Assembly (NCBI GenBank): GCA_964439315.1
Contig: CAYTOD010000002.1
Coordinates: forward strand, 14,575-78,574
Reading direction: 5' to 3'
Length of the DNA: 64,000 nucleotides
Origin: an uncultured Mycobacterium sp.
GTDB taxonomy: Bacteria; Actinomycetota; Actinomycetes; Mycobacteriales; Mycobacteriaceae
Below, in pieces: positions 25,021 to 37,538 of this stretch. The translations under genes and the position numbers were made by a program. The number at the start of each line of letters is the position of its first letter. The stretch's first letter is position 1. The notes under the pieces are model-generated. The model did no database searches and was not told the DNA's origin. It worked only from the letters and a program-made list of their open reading frames with translations.

Positions 25021-26499
25021 CTACTTGACCCGCACCGGCAGGGGTTCCTCGCGCCGCAGTGAGTACCACGCCCCGACCGCGCATGTGGTGGCCAGCAGTA
25101 CGTGCAGCCAGGAGTACATGCCGTGGGAGCCATCCGGTTTGAAGACGACCATGATCCAGGTCGAGAACCCGGCGATCAGTGAGATCGCTGCGCGGGACTG
25201 GGCCAACCCCGACACCACGGCCAACGGCCAGGTGTAGTACCAGGGCAGGGCGGCCGGTACGAACAGCACCACCACCAGCATCGCCCAGGCGATGCCCTGC
25301 AGGGCCTCGCGGTCGGTGTGCCGGAATCGCCACCACAGCAAGGGGAGTGCCACCACGATGATCCCCGCCCCGATCAGGCGCGTGACCTCGAGAACGGCGT
25401 AGAAACTGACCGACCCGAAGGTGTTGCCGACTGTGCTGATCACGTTGGCGATCGCGGTCGGGATGGTCAGCCAGTTGACGATCTTGACCGAGCCGGCCAG
25501 GGCGGTGAGCCAGCCCAGGCCCACCCCGGCCAGCCAGGACAGCACGGCGAACACGCCGACCAGGGTGGCCACCGATCCGACAGCCGCAACGGCGAACGCG
25601 CGCAGGCGGTTTCCGGTCAGATGGCGCGCCCACACCCACACCATGAACGGCAGTGCCAGCACGGCAGTGGCCTTAACGGCGACGGCGATCGCGATCAGGG
25701 CGAGGCCGACCACGTGGTGCCGGGACAGGGTCAGCGCGATGCCGGCCATCATCAGCCCGACCATGAGCATCTCGTTGTGCACCCCGCCCATCAGGTGGAT
25801 GATCACCAACGGGTTCAGAACGCAGATCCACAGCGCGACAGCGCCGTTGGCGCCGATATGACGGGCCACCCGGGGTGCGGCCCAGATCAGCAGCACCAGT
25901 CCGGGAAGCATGCACAGTCGCAGCAGCATGGTGCCGGCCACCACGTGGTTGCCGACGATCATCGTGACGAACCGGGCCACCAGGATGAACGCCGGGCCGT
26001 AGGGGGCGGTGGTGGTGGTCCAGATCGGACTCACGTTGTCCAGCAACGTGTTCGGATTGTCGATCGGGCCCACCACATAGGGGTCGAAGCCGTCGCGCAG
26101 CAGCGCTCCCTGCGCCAGGTAGGAATAGGTGTCCCGGCTGAACAGCGGGACACTCACCAGCAGCGGAGCCAGCCAGAAGCCCGTGGTGGCGATCATCGCG
26201 TACTCGCTGTCGGGCCTGCCCTCGACGATCCGCCGGCCCAGCCACAGCCAGGCCACCAGCATCAGCAGGACGCCGATCCACAGCACCAGCGAGGACACCA
26301 CGAGTCCGTGGCCGAACCGCAGCCACGACAGCGCCACCGACTCCAGCACCGGATCGTGCTGGCGGGTGCTGCCGGCGCCGAGTCCGCCGACGGTGATCAA
26401 CGCCGCGCCGAGGAACCCCAGCAGTGCAGGTCTGCCCTCGTCTGCCCGGGCGAAGGCGATCAGGCGGGCCAGTCCGCTCATCGGTGCGGTCTTGGTCAT
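25021..26499 (-). CDS. mptA: Alpha-1,6-mannosyltransferase MptA (Rv2174-like)
   Basis: FSRDTYSY, APYGP, GGVHNEMLM, ALPWYYTW. Confidence 0.92.
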   Translation of the reverse strand: MTKTAPMSGLARLIAFARADEGRPALLGFLGAALITVGGLGAGSTRQHDPVLESVALSWLRFGHGLVVSSLVLWIGVLLMLVAWLWLGRRIVEGRPDSEYAMIATTGFWLAPLLVSVPLFSRDTYSYLAQGALLRDGFDPYVVGPIDNPNTLLDNVSPIWTTTTAPYGPAFILVARFVTMIVGNHVVAGTMLLRLCMLPGLVLLIWAAPRVARHIGANGAVALWICVLNPLVIIHLMGGVHNEMLMVGLMMAGIALTLSRHHVVGLALIAIAVAVKATAVLALPFMVWVWARHLTGNRLRAFAVAAVGSVATLVGVFAVLSWLAGVGLGWLTALAGSVKIVNWLTIPTAIANVISTVGNTFGSVSFYAVLEVTRLIGAGIIVVALPLLWWRFRHTDREALQGIAWAMLVVVLFVPAALPWYYTWPLAVVSGLAQSRAAISLIAGFSTWIMVVFKPDGSHGMYSWLHVLLATTCAVGAWYSLRREEPLPVRVK

Positions 26500-26500
26500 G

Positions 26501-27671
<1,171 letters not shown>

Positions 27672-27675
<4 letters not shown>

Positions 27676-28376
27676 ACGTCTTCGCCCTGTTCGGCGGGAG
27701 CGAAGCGCAGTGCGGACTGGTCGCGGTCGCGCCAGGCCAGGTAACCGATCAGGCCGGACACCAGCAGCGCGGCCACTCCCAGCCAGATGGCCGCCGTCGC
27801 GAACGATCTGGTGCTCGGGTCGGTGTAGCGGGCTTGGGCGCTCATGGTGTTGACCACGCCCGGTTTGAGCTTCCACTCCACGACGCCGCTGTCGATCCGA
27901 TCGCCGTTGGTAGAGGTCACCTCACCGGGAAAGGCTGCGCTGAACTTCACGTCCGCGTCGGGGTCGGTGACGTTGGTCAGGTCGACGCGCCCCTCCAGGA
28001 TCACCAGTTCGCCGGCCCGCCGCAACGAGACGTCGACGCCGGTGGCGTCGCGGCTCAGATCGGCCAGTTGCGGCACTTCGGCGAAGGTCAGGTCGGAGAA
28101 CGAAGCCTGCGATCCGACGTACCCGTCCGATTCGTAGTTCGAGACCGCGAGTTTGTTGCCGAATGTGAGGTTCTCGTCGAACTGGGGGCCGTGGTCATCG
28201 GCGTCGCGGGGTTTCACCGTGGCGACGATGTCACCGGACACCTTGTCGTCGGGCGACACCGTGATCGACGTGTTCACCCGTAGGCAGCCCGCCGCGAGCG
28301 GGGCAAGGATCAGCAGCAGAAGTGTGAGTGCCCGCCGCCGCAGGCGCGAGTCTCGCTGCCGATCGATGGTTCGCAC
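27672..28376 (-). CDS. lppM: Lipoprotein LppM (Rv2171-like)
   Basis: Lipobox LAAGC, ITVSPDDKVSG, LRRAGELVILEGRVDL, YTDPSTRSF, C-terminal TM helix. Confidence 0.92.
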
Positions 28377-28400
28377 GAGGGGTATCGTGCCAGACCCGGA

Positions 28401-29000
28401 CTACAGCGGGAGGCTTCGACCCAGGATGGCGAACGCCCGCGGGTCTCCCGCGAAGTGGTAGCCGCGGATGACGTCGCCGAATCCCAGCCTGCGGTAGAGC
28501 CTCCAGGCGCGATTGGCCTCGCCGTAGATCTCCGGAGTGGACAGCATGACGCTCGCTTCGGGTCGTTCGGCCAGCAGTCGCCTGGCGAGCGCCTCGCCCA
28601 GTCCCTGACCCTGAGCTCGCGGATGGATGTGCAGTTCGGTCAGTTCGAAATAGTCGCTCATCAGGCGGGCGATCTCATCGCGTGGATAGCCCACCCGGTG
28701 CAGGCCGCGCAGCACCTGTTGCTGCCACCACTGGTCGGGCGCACCGCTGTAGCCGTAGGCGATCCCGAGTAGCGGAGCGGCCGCCAACTGGTCGTCGGGC
28801 GGTACGGGGTGGTCGGGACCGGGGACTTCCACGGCGGCCACGGCCGTCCACCCACTGCGGCCGGTGTGCTCCAGCCACATCGACGCTCTCTGGCGTTCGG
28901 TGCCGCGGGGGTAGTGCATGGCGTCGACGTAGACCGCGAGCGCGTCGTCGAGACGTCGTTGCATATCGGCGGCCGAGAGGTCGATCAGGAACGTCGTCAA
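28401..29000 (-). CDS. GNAT acetyltransferase (Rv2170-like)
   Basis: ELTELHIHPRAQGQGLG, LYRRLGF, FAGDPRAFAILG. Confidence 0.92.
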   Translation of the reverse strand: MTTFLIDLSAADMQRRLDDALAVYVDAMHYPRGTERQRASMWLEHTGRSGWTAVAAVEVPGPDHPVPPDDQLAAAPLLGIAYGYSGAPDQWWQQQVLRGLHRVGYPRDEIARLMSDYFELTELHIHPRAQGQGLGEALARRLLAERPEASVMLSTPEIYGEANRAWRLYRRLGFGDVIRGYHFAGDPRAFAILGRSLPL

Positions 29001-29202
29001 CGTCGATCATCCCCTTCGCCTCCGAACCCACTGAGCTCATCTACCCCCGCCATTATGGTGGCGGCACGCCCACGAATCGCGGCGCGCCGGTGAGAGACAA
29101 ATCGGTGGGTCGAAGTGGGTGGCCCACGACAGCGGCGCCTCGTATCATGGTCCTCATCGCGGTGTCATCCCCGCGCTATGACCGCAGGCGAAGGAGGGAC
29201 GA

Positions 29203-29601
29203 ATGCCACTCTCCGAGCACGAGCAGCGGATGCTGGATCAGATCGAGAGCGCTCTCTACGCCGAGGATCCCAAGTTCGCATCCAGTGTCCGTGGCGGGCA
29301 TCTCCGTGGGACGTCGGCCCGCCGGCGACTGCAGGGGGCTGGTCTTTTCCTGCTCGGGTTGGCCATGCTGGTCGCCGGCGTGGCGATCAAGGCCACCATG
29401 ATCGGCGGTTTTCCGGCACTGTCGGTGCTCGGTTTCGTCATGATGTTCGTCGGTGTGGTGTTCGCGGTCACGGGTCCGCGCCTTCCGGTGGGGCGCGACC
29501 GCGCCCAGGCGGCGGGTCCGGGTCGGCCTCGCAGGGTCAGGGGTTCGGGTTCCTTCACCAGTCGGATGGAAGATCGTTTCCGTCGCCGTTTCGACGAGTG
29601 A
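29203..29601 (+). CDS. DUF3040 membrane protein (Rv2169c-like)
   Basis: MPLSEHEQRMLDQIESALYAEDPKFAS..RMEDRFRRRFDE. Confidence 0.93.
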   Translation: MPLSEHEQRMLDQIESALYAEDPKFASSVRGGHLRGTSARRRLQGAGLFLLGLAMLVAGVAIKATMIGGFPALSVLGFVMMFVGVVFAVTGPRLPVGRDRAQAAGPGRPRRVRGSGSFTSRMEDRFRRRFDE

Positions 29602-29625
29602 CCACGGGGATTTAAGCGCCACGAG

Positions 29626-29652
29626 GGGCGGCCGGTTGGCCGCCCTTTTTCT
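29626..29652 (+). terminator. Intrinsic terminator after the DUF3040 gene
   Basis: GGGCGGCC-GGTT-GGCCGCCC followed by TTTTTCT. Confidence 0.8.
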
Positions 29653-29883
29653 GTAGTTAGCGCCGATCTTTCCTTTCGAGGGATTTCAGTCCCTTCTTTG
29701 TGCCCTTCTTTGTGCCCTTCTTCGTGCCTCCCCACAACGCCCCACTGAGGGTGCGCCCTGCGTTTTCTCTCCTGTGACCTGGGGATTTGCAATTCTGAGC
29801 GGATGCCGCGGGCGGCGTCGGGATCCGAATCAGCAGGCCTTTCCTGGCGGAGTGGGGGAAGGGCGTGTCGTTTCGTTATAAAT

Positions 29884-29919
29884 GTGGAGCAAAGTGGGGC
29901 GTTGTGGGGTAATGTGGCG
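29884..29919 (+). promoter_or_regulatory. MraZ-binding direct repeats (four GTGG boxes, 10-bp period)
   Basis: GTGG at 29884, 29894, 29904 and 29914, directly upstream of mraZ. Confidence 0.85.
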
Positions 29920-29961
29920 GCTAGCGGGTCACACCGCACGGGCGTTCAAGGAGGTGCAGAG

Positions 29962-30393
29962 ATGTTTCTCGGCACTTACACGCCCAAGTTGGACGACAAG
30001 GGGCGGCTCACGTTGCCCGCCAAGTTCCGCGACGCACTGGCAGGAGGGCTGATGGTCACCAAGAGCCAGGACCACAGCCTCGCCGTCTACCCCCGTGCGC
30101 AGTTCGAGCAGCTGGCCCGCCGGGCGGCGGCCACCTCGCGGAGCAACCCGGAGGCCCGCGCGTTCCTGCGCAACCTGGCTGCCGGTACCGACGAGCAGCA
30201 CCCCGACGCCCAGGGCCGGATCACTCTGTCTCCCGACCATCGGCGCTACGCCCACCTGTCCAAGGACTGCGTGGTGATCGGGGCGGTGGACTTCCTGGAG
30301 ATCTGGGACGCCCAGGCCTGGGAGAGCTACCAGCAGACCCACGAAGAGAACTTCTCCGCGGCCAGTGATGAAGCACTCAGCGACATCATCTGA
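29962..30393 (+). CDS. mraZ: Division/cell wall cluster transcriptional repressor
   Basis: [23 protein letters not shown]; DAQGRI; ATG after GGAGG. Confidence 0.98.
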   Translation: MFLGTYTPKLDDKGRLTLPAKFRDALAGGLMVTKSQDHSLAVYPRAQFEQLARRAAATSRSNPEARAFLRNLAAGTDEQHPDAQGRITLSPDHRRYAHLSKDCVVIGAVDFLEIWDAQAWESYQQTHEENFSAASDEALSDII

Positions 30394-30414
30394 GTCGCGC
30401 GCCCGTGCGGCGTG

Positions 30415-30475
30415 GTCTCTGCCCGAAACGACCCTGGCGTACTTCCCCAACGCCAGGTTCGTATCGGACAGGGAC
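30415..30475 (+). ncRNA. mraW RNA motif (actinobacterial cis-regulatory hairpin)
   Basis: Long hairpin GTCTCTGCCCGAAACGACCCTGGCG-TACTTCCCCAA-CGCCAGGTTCGTATCGGACAGGGAC in the mraW 5' region, matching the described position and shape. Confidence 0.8.
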
Positions 30476-30517
30476 CTCGCCGCACGGGTGACGCTCCACC
30501 GACCCGGAGGAGGTGCC

Positions 30518-31528
30518 ATGGCTGACGCCAGCGAGAGCCAGGCCGGCGAGAGCCATGGACACATCCCCGTGCTGCTGGAGCGCTGCGTGGAGATCCTCGC
30601 CCCGGCCCTCACCCGGACCGCTGCTGACGGCTCCGGCGCTGTTCTGCTGGATGCGACGCTGGGTGCCGGGGGGCATGCCGAGCGTTTTCTCACCGAGTTT
30701 CCCGGGCTCCGGCTGATCGGACTCGACCGTGACTCTGACGCTTTGGCGATCGCGCGACGGCGCCTGGCCCGATTCGGTGACCGGGTGCAGTTCGTGCACA
30801 CCCGGTATGACGGGATTGCCGATGCGCTGGACGAAAGTGGTCTTCCTGCAACACAATCCATCGACGGCGCGCTGTTCGATCTCGGTGTTTCCTCAATGCA
30901 GCTAGACCAGCCGGATCGCGGATTCTCCTATTCCCAGGATGCCCCGCTGGACATGCGGATGGATCCGGAGTCGCCGTTGACCGCCGCTACGATCCTCAAC
31001 ACGTGGAGCCGCGGGGAACTGACCGACATCCTCCGCCGCTTCGGCGAGGAGAAGTTCGCCTCGCGCGTCGCAGGCTTCATCGTCGAAAGGCGAGGACGCA
31101 CACCGTATTCCCGCACCGGGCAACTGGTGGAGACGATCTACGACGCCATTCCGGCACCCGCCCGGCGCACCGGCGGGCACCCCGCGAAGCGCACGTTCCA
31201 GGCGCTGCGGATCGCGGTCAACGCCGAACTCGATTCGCTGACAGCGGCTCTGCCCGCCGCGCTGGCCGCTCTGCGTCCGGGTGGCCGGATCGCGGTGATG
31301 GCGTACCAGTCGTTGGAGGACAAGATCGTCAAGACCGCTTTCGTCTCGGCAACAGCCTCCCGTTCCCCGGCGGGTCTACCCGTTGAACTGCCCGGTTATG
31401 AGCCAGAATTCACTGCAGTGACCCGTGGGGCCGATCGTGCCGGCACCGCCGAGATCGAGCACAACCCGCGAAGCGCACCCGTGCGACTGCGGTCCATTGA
31501 ACGGGCTTTTCAGGAGGGCCGCCGATGA
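30518..31528 (+). CDS. rsmH: 16S rRNA m4C1402 methyltransferase
   Basis: [44 protein letters not shown]; ATG after GGAGGAGG. Confidence 0.98.
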   Translation: MADASESQAGESHGHIPVLLERCVEILAPALTRTAADGSGAVLLDATLGAGGHAERFLTEFPGLRLIGLDRDSDALAIARRRLARFGDRVQFVHTRYDGIADALDESGLPATQSIDGALFDLGVSSMQLDQPDRGFSYSQDAPLDMRMDPESPLTAATILNTWSRGELTDILRRFGEEKFASRVAGFIVERRGRTPYSRTGQLVETIYDAIPAPARRTGGHPAKRTFQALRIAVNAELDSLTAALPAALAALRPGGRIAVMAYQSLEDKIVKTAFVSATASRSPAGLPVELPGYEPEFTAVTRGADRAGTAEIEHNPRSAPVRLRSIERAFQEGRR

Positions 31529-32508
31529 AGTCCAGGACCGCAACGGCCGCCCCGGCCGGACCGGCGCGGGGCGCACGCCCCCGTGGCGGCGCATCTGCAC
31601 GACGCCCCCAGGAGCCCCGCGGGCTGCGGCCGGGGCCTCAGACGGCACCGATGCCGCGGTTCGTCGAGAAGCCGTCGCGGGCCAAGACCGCCAGCCAGGC
31701 CAAGGCTCGCGCCAAGGCGCGGAAAGCGAAGGCGCCCAAGGTCATCCGGCGTCCGCTGCGCGAGCGGCTGCTCGAGAAACTGACCGGGGTCGATCTGCGG
31801 CCCCAGGCCCTGCTGGCCAGGATCCCGTTCGTCGTGCTCATCATCGCCGCTCTCGGAATCGGGCTGGCGATCACGCTGTGGCTGTCCACCGATGCCGCAC
31901 AACGCTCCTACCAACTCGGCAGCACCCGGGCGCTGAACGACGCACTGGCGCAGCAGAAGGAATCCCTCGAGCGCGACGTGCTGGAGGCGCAGTCCGCTCC
32001 CGCTCTGGCCGACGCGGCACGCAACCTCGGGATGATCCCGTCGCGGGACTCCGCGCACCTCGTCCAGGATCCCGGCGGCAACTGGGTTGTCGTGGGTCAG
32101 CCCAAGCCGGCTGCGGGATCGCCGCCGCCGCCGCTGAACACCAAGCTGCCCGAGGAGAAGCCGGTCTTGCCCAGTCCTGTTGTCCAGGTCCCGGCCAAGC
32201 CCAAGCCCGGTGCTGCCGCGGAGGTTCCTTCCCGCCTCGTACCGGCGACGCCGCCGGTGGTTGTGCTTCCCCCGGCTCCACCTGTGGCGCCCGCCGCTCC
32301 ACCGGTCTTGGGCGGCCTGGTACTCGAGCCCGTGCCCGCAGCACCGGTTGCTCAGGCGCCCGTTGCTCCGGCGCTCGTTGCCCCGGCACCCGTCGCTCCG
32401 GCGGTTACGGCTCCGGTCGGTGTCGCTCCGGTAGCTCCCGCTCCGGTCATGCCCGCGCCGGAAGCCCCGGCCCCGGTTCCGGCGGCTCCGGTGGGAGCGG
32501 CCCAGTGA
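31525..32508 (+). CDS. ftsL: Cell division protein FtsL with a Pro/Ala-rich tail (Rv2164c-like)
   Basis: Basic N-terminus, one TM helix, coiled coil, LGMIP motif. Confidence 0.9.
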   Translation: MKSRTATAAPAGPARGARPRGGASARRPQEPRGLRPGPQTAPMPRFVEKPSRAKTASQAKARAKARKAKAPKVIRRPLRERLLEKLTGVDLRPQALLARIPFVVLIIAALGIGLAITLWLSTDAAQRSYQLGSTRALNDALAQQKESLERDVLEAQSAPALADAARNLGMIPSRDSAHLVQDPGGNWVVVGQPKPAAGSPPPPLNTKLPEEKPVLPSPVVQVPAKPKPGAAAEVPSRLVPATPPVVVLPPAPPVAPAAPPVLGGLVLEPVPAAPVAQAPVAPALVAPAPVAPAVTAPVGVAPVAPAPVMPAPEAPAPVPAAPVGAAQ

Positions 32509-34385
32509 CCCGCGCCGAGGTTCCGGGTCAGGGGCGTCCCGCGAATGCCCGCCGGACTCGCGTGGCAGAGGAATCCGGCCCGGCCAGTGCTTCATTCGCC
32601 TACCGCTACAAGGTCGGAAACGCGGTCATCGGGGTGGCGCTGCTCGCCGCGGCGGCCCAGTTGTTCAATCTGCAGGTGCCCAGCGCCGGCGACCTCCGCG
32701 CCCAGGCTGCCGGACAGCTCAAGGTCACCGATGTCGAGAAGGCGGTGCGGGGCAGCATCGTGGACCGCAACTTCGCCAAACTCGCCTTCACCACCGAGGC
32801 GCGGGCACTGACCTTCCAGCCCGTCAAGATTCGTCAGCAACTCGCCGACGCCCGCAAGAAGTCAACCGACGCTGCCGACCCCGACCAGCGGCTCATGGCG
32901 ATCGCCCGGGACGTGTCGGCCAAGCTGGGGGACAAGCCGGACTACGCGACCTTGCTCAAGAAGCTGCGCAGCAACGAGAGCTTCGTCTACCTTGCGCGCG
33001 CGGTCGACCCGGGCATCGCGTCGGCGATTATCGCGAAGTACCCCGAGGTCGGCGCCGAACGGCAGGATCTGCGGCAGTACCCGGGCGGCTCACTGGCCGC
33101 CAACGTGGTGGGCGGCATCGACTGGGACGGCCACGGCCTGTTGGGCTTGGAGGACGCGATGGACTCCATGCTGGCGGGCACCGACGGGTCGGTGACCTAC
33201 GACCGGGGTTCCGATGGTGTGGTCATCCCGGGCAGCTACCGCAACCGTCACGAGGCCGTCAACGGTTCGACCGTGCAACTCACCCTGGACGACGACATCC
33301 AGTTCTACGTCCAGCAACAGGTCCAAATGGCCAGGGACGCCTCAGGCGCCAAGGACGTCTCGGCGGTGGTGCTCGACGCCAAGACCGGCGAGGTCCTGGC
33401 GATGTCGAATGACAACACCTTCGATCCGTCCCAGGACATCGGCCGTCAGAGCGACCGGCAGATCGGCAATCTCCCGGTCTCATCGCCGTTCGAGCCGGGT
33501 TCGGTGAACAAGATCGTGACCGCCGCCGCGGCCATCGAATACGACCTGACCAACCCCGACGAGGTGCTGTCGGTGCCCGGCTCCATCGACATGGGCGGGG
33601 TCAACGTCCGCGATGCCTGGGGCCACGGCGTCATGCCCTACACCACCACCGGGGTGTTCGGGAAGTCGTCCAACGTCGGCACCCTGATGCTCGCGCAACG
33701 AGTGGGGCCGCAGCGCTTCTACGATCTGCTGGGCAAGTTCGGACTGGGCCAGCGCACCAACGTCGGATTGCCCGGCGAGAGCGCGGGTATCGTCCCCCCG
33801 ATCGACCAGTGGTCGGGCAGTACCTTCTCCAATCTCCCTATCGGGCAGGGTCTTTCGATGACGCTGCTGCAGATGACCGGCATGTACCAGGCGATCGCCA
33901 ACAACGGACTGCGGATTCCGCCGCGGATCGTCAAGGCCACCATCGCAGCGGACGGGACCCGCACCGAGGAACCACGGCCCAATGGCATCCAGGTCGTCAA
34001 CGAGGGCACCGCGCGAGTCCTGCGGAACATGTTCCGCGCGGTCGTCCAGCGTGACCCCACGGGCGCCCAGCAGGGCACCGGGCCGGCCGCCGCGGTCGAC
34101 GGTTACCAGATCGCCGGCAAGACCGGTACCGCCCAGCAGATCAACCCGGCGTGCGGCTGCTACTACGAGGACGTCTACTGGATCACCTTCGCCGGGATGG
34201 TTCCCGCCGACGATCCCCGGTATGTCATCGGGGTGATGATGAACGCCCCGTCGCGCAACGCCGACGGGACGCCCGGGCACTCGGCGGCGCCGCTGTTCCA
34301 CAACATCGCCGGCTGGTTGCTGCAACGCGAGAACGTTCCGCTCTCCGCTGACCCCGGAGCTCCGCTGACGCTGCAGGCCACCTGA
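32505..34385 (+). CDS. pbpB: Penicillin-binding protein 3
   Basis: [15 protein letters not shown] (SxxK), KSSNVG (SxN), GKTGT; GTGA overlap with ftsL. Confidence 0.97.
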   Translation: MTRAEVPGQGRPANARRTRVAEESGPASASFAYRYKVGNAVIGVALLAAAAQLFNLQVPSAGDLRAQAAGQLKVTDVEKAVRGSIVDRNFAKLAFTTEARALTFQPVKIRQQLADARKKSTDAADPDQRLMAIARDVSAKLGDKPDYATLLKKLRSNESFVYLARAVDPGIASAIIAKYPEVGAERQDLRQYPGGSLAANVVGGIDWDGHGLLGLEDAMDSMLAGTDGSVTYDRGSDGVVIPGSYRNRHEAVNGSTVQLTLDDDIQFYVQQQVQMARDASGAKDVSAVVLDAKTGEVLAMSNDNTFDPSQDIGRQSDRQIGNLPVSSPFEPGSVNKIVTAAAAIEYDLTNPDEVLSVPGSIDMGGVNVRDAWGHGVMPYTTTGVFGKSSNVGTLMLAQRVGPQRFYDLLGKFGLGQRTNVGLPGESAGIVPPIDQWSGSTFSNLPIGQGLSMTLLQMTGMYQAIANNGLRIPPRIVKATIAADGTRTEEPRPNGIQVVNEGTARVLRNMFRAVVQRDPTGAQQGTGPAAAVDGYQIAGKTGTAQQINPACGCYYEDVYWITFAGMVPADDPRYVIGVMMNAPSRNADGTPGHSAAPLFHNIAGWLLQRENVPLSADPGAPLTLQAT

Positions 34386-34452
34386 CCCTTTCCGGGCGTT
34401 CTGCTCGGTAGGGTGTCCCGGGAGTCCGGTGCTAGGGACGGAGGTGACCGGC

Positions 34453-36054
34453 GTGACCAGTGTTCTGCGGCCCCGGACCACCCCGGGTCTGACCCTCGCG
34501 GCCCTGGCCTCCAGGATCGGAGCGGTCCCCGCCCAGAGCGGCACCGAGGTTCCGGGAGTGCGGATCAGCGGCGTCACGCTGCGTGCCCAGGATGCCCTCC
34601 CCGGTGACCTGTTCGCCGCGCTGCCGGGCGCCAGCGCGCACGGCGCGGAGTACACCGCGGCCGCCGTGGACGCCGGAGCGGTCGGTGTGCTGACCGACCC
34701 GGCCGGCGTAGAGGTCATCCACCGCCTGCTGGGCACCCCTGCCCCGATCCCGGTCGTGGTCCATCCCGAGCCCCGCTCAGTACTGGGGGCGGTGGCCGCC
34801 GACGTCTACGGACACCCCTCGGACCGGGTCGTCGTCCTCGGCGTCACGGGGACGTCGGGCAAGACGACGACCGCCCACCTGATCGAGGCCGGGCTGCGCG
34901 CGGCCGGACGTACCGTGGGAATGATCGGCACGGTGGGAGTCCGCATCGCGGGGTCGGAGGTGCCCAGCGCGCTGACCACCCCGGAGGCGCCCGCACTGCA
35001 GGCGTTGCTTGCGGTGATGGCCGAGCGGGGCGTCGACACCGCTGTGATGGAGGTATCCAGTCACGCTCTCGAGCTGGGCCGGGTCGACGGAATCCGTTTT
35101 GCGGTGGGCGGTTTCACCAACCTGTCGCGGGATCACCTGGACTTCCATCCCACGATGGAGGCGTACTTCGACGCCAAGGCCCGATTGTTCGACCCCGCCT
35201 CGCCCAGGCGAGCCGCGATTTCGGTGGTGTGTGTCGACGACGAGGCGGGCCGCGCGATGGCTGACCGCGCGGGCCGCGCGATCACGGTCAGCGCGGGCCG
35301 CGCGATCACGGTCAGCGCGGGCCGCGCGATCACGGTCAGCGCCGAGGGCCACCCGGCTGACTGGCGGGCCGAGGACGTCGTCGTCCTGCACGGCGGAGCC
35401 GCCGACGGCCTGCAGGAATTCACCGCCGTCGATCCCGCGGGCGTGCACCACCGACTGCGGATCGGACTGCCCGGTCGCTACAACGTGGCCAACGCCCTGT
35501 TGGCGCTGGCAATGATGGACGCCATCGGGGTATCGCCCGAACAAGCCTCGCCCGGCCTGCGCACCGCGTCGGTGCCGGGACGCCTGGAGTGCGTGGACCG
35601 CGGGCAGCCGTTCCTCGCCGTGGTGGACTACGCCCACAAGCCGGGTGCTCTACGCGCGGTTCTGCAGACGCTGCGCCGGCCCGCGGGCCGGCTGGCAGTG
35701 GTGTTCGGCGCCGGCGGCAACCGCGACGCGGGGAAGCGGGAGCCGATGGGGGCTGCCGCCGCCGAGCTTGCCGATCTGGTGGTGATCACCGACGACAATC
35801 CCCGAGACGAGGACCCCGCGGTGATCCGCGCCGCCGTCCTGGCCGGAACACGGCAGGTCCAACACTCCGCCGATGTCCTGGAGATCGGCGATCGCCGGGC
35901 CGCTATCGAGTACGCGGTCGGCTGGGCCCGGCCGGGTGACGTGGTGGTGATCGCCGGTAAGGGACATGAGCGGGGACAGACCAGCGCCGGGCTGACCAGG
36001 CCGTTTGACGACCGCGAGGAGCTGGCGCGCGCACTTGAGGAGGTTCCTCGATGA
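34453..36054 (+). CDS. murE: UDP-MurNAc-L-Ala-D-Glu:meso-DAP ligase (start 34429 or 34453)
   Basis: [30 protein letters not shown] (DAP specificity motif). Confidence 0.97.
   Translation: MTSVLRPRTTPGLTLAALASRIGAVPAQSGTEVPGVRISGVTLRAQDALPGDLFAALPGASAHGAEYTAAAVDAGAVGVLTDPAGVEVIHRLLGTPAPIPVVVHPEPRSVLGAVAADVYGHPSDRVVVLGVTGTSGKTTTAHLIEAGLRAAGRTVGMIGTVGVRIAGSEVPSALTTPEAPALQALLAVMAERGVDTAVMEVSSHALELGRVDGIRFAVGGFTNLSRDHLDFHPTMEAYFDAKARLFDPASPRRAAISVVCVDDEAGRAMADRAGRAITVSAGRAITVSAGRAITVSAEGHPADWRAEDVVVLHGGAADGLQEFTAVDPAGVHHRLRIGLPGRYNVANALLALAMMDAIGVSPEQASPGLRTASVPGRLECVDRGQPFLAVVDYAHKPGALRAVLQTLRRPAGRLAVVFGAGGNRDAGKREPMGAAAAELADLVVITDDNPRDEDPAVIRAAVLAGTRQVQHSADVLEIGDRRAAIEYAVGWARPGDVVVIAGKGHERGQTSAGLTRPFDDREELARALEEVPR
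35245..35340. repeat. In-frame 24-bp tandem repeat in murE (3 perfect copies plus 1 diverged)
   Basis: GCGGGCCGCGCGATCACGGTCAGC at 35269, 35293 and 35317; encodes AGRAITVS. Confidence 0.95.
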
Positions 36055-37538
36055 TCGAGCTGACGGTGGCGCGGATCGCCGAGATCGTCGGTGGCCGGCT
36101 GGCCGACATCAGCCCGGAGGAGGCCGCCGCGCGGCAGGTCACCGGCACGGTGGAATTCGACTCCCGTGCCGTCGCCCCGGGCGGATTGTTCCTGGCGCTG
36201 CCCGGGGCCCGCTCCGACGGCCACGACTTCGCCGCCGCCGCCGTGCAGGCCGGCGCGGCCGCAGTCCTGGCGGCTCGTCCGGTCGGTGTACCGGCGGTGG
36301 TGGTCCCGCCGGCGCCGGCGGCCGACGCAGGTGCGGGCGTTCTAGAACACGACCCCGACGGTGCCGGTGCGGCGGTCCTGGCTGCACTGGCCAGGCTGGC
36401 CGCCGCGGTGGCTGCTGAGCTGACGGCCGGGGGCCTGCGGATCATCGGCATCACCGGTTCCTCGGGCAAGACCTCGACCAAGGATCTGATCGCCGCGGTT
36501 CTGCGCCCGCTCGGCGAGGTGGTGGCCCCGCCAGGGTCGTTCAACAACGAACTCGGCCATCCCTGGACCGTGCTGAGAGCCACCCGCGACACCGACTTCC
36601 TGGTGCTGGAGATGTCGGCCCGCCACCCGGGCAACATCGCCGCGTTGGCCCGGATCGCTCCGCCGTCGGTAGCGGTGGTGCTCAACGTCGGCACCGCCCA
36701 CCTCGGTGAGTTCGGCTCCCGCGAAGTGATCGCCTCGACGAAAGCCGAACTGGTGCAAGCTATTCCAGCGTCGGGGGTGGCGATCCTGAACGCCGACGAT
36801 CCGGTGGTCGCGGCGATGGCGGCCAAAACCGCGGCGCGGGTGGTACTGACCGGACGGGCCGAGACCGCCGATGTCCGCGCCGAGGACATCGAACTCGACG
36901 AGCTGGCCCGGCCACGCTTCACCCTGGTCACCGCCGCCGGGCGGGTGCCGGTGCGACTGGCCGTGCACGGCGAGCACCAGGTCGGAAACGCGCTGTCGGC
37001 GGCCGCGGTGGCCCTGGAGTGCGGTGCGACGCTCCAGCAGGTGGCCGACGCGCTGGCCGGAGCAGCAGCCGCCTCCCGGCACCGGATGGAGGTGCGCACC
37101 CGCAAGGACGGCGTCACCGTGGTCAACGACGCCTACAACGCCAACCCGGATTCGATGGGGGCCGGACTGCGGGCGCTGGCGGCGATGGCGCGTACCCAGT
37201 CGCGGCGTTCCTGGGCGGTGCTCGGCGAGATGGGCGAGCTCGGCGAGGACTCGCTGACCGAGCACCAACGCATCGGAGAACTCGCGGTGCGCTTAGATAT
37301 CAGTCGACTTATCGTCGTCGGAACCGGGAGGCCCATGAGCGCCATGCTTGCGGGGGCCGCTGCACAGGAGTCGGGGGAGGCCACCATGGTGGCCGACGCC
37401 GACGCCGCCCTGCATTTGCTGCGCACTGAGCTGGCCCCGGGCGACGTCGTGCTGGTCAAGGCGTCGAATTCGGGCGGGCTGGGCGCACTCGCCGAAGCCC
37501 TTGTCGCCGAGGCCGGCGCGGGGGAGTCCGGCGTATGA
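36051..37538 (+). CDS. murF: UDP-MurNAc-tripeptide:D-Ala-D-Ala ligase
   Basis: [33 protein letters not shown]. Confidence 0.97.
   Translation: MIELTVARIAEIVGGRLADISPEEAAARQVTGTVEFDSRAVAPGGLFLALPGARSDGHDFAAAAVQAGAAAVLAARPVGVPAVVVPPAPAADAGAGVLEHDPDGAGAAVLAALARLAAAVAAELTAGGLRIIGITGSSGKTSTKDLIAAVLRPLGEVVAPPGSFNNELGHPWTVLRATRDTDFLVLEMSARHPGNIAALARIAPPSVAVVLNVGTAHLGEFGSREVIASTKAELVQAIPASGVAILNADDPVVAAMAAKTAARVVLTGRAETADVRAEDIELDELARPRFTLVTAAGRVPVRLAVHGEHQVGNALSAAAVALECGATLQQVADALAGAAAASRHRMEVRTRKDGVTVVNDAYNANPDSMGAGLRALAAMARTQSRRSWAVLGEMGELGEDSLTEHQRIGELAVRLDISRLIVVGTGRPMSAMLAGAAAQESGEATMVADADAALHLLRTELAPGDVVLVKASNSGGLGALAEALVAEAGAGESGV

Noticed and set aside
30365-30517. N-terminal extension of RsmH
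   Set aside because: Better explained by the mraW RNA hairpin; a strong GGAGGAGG precedes ATG 30518.
31425-32504. 360-codon N-terminal extension of PbpB overlapping ftsL
   Set aside because: Low-complexity alternate frame of ftsL; the GTGA overlap at 32505 gives a normal PbpB start.
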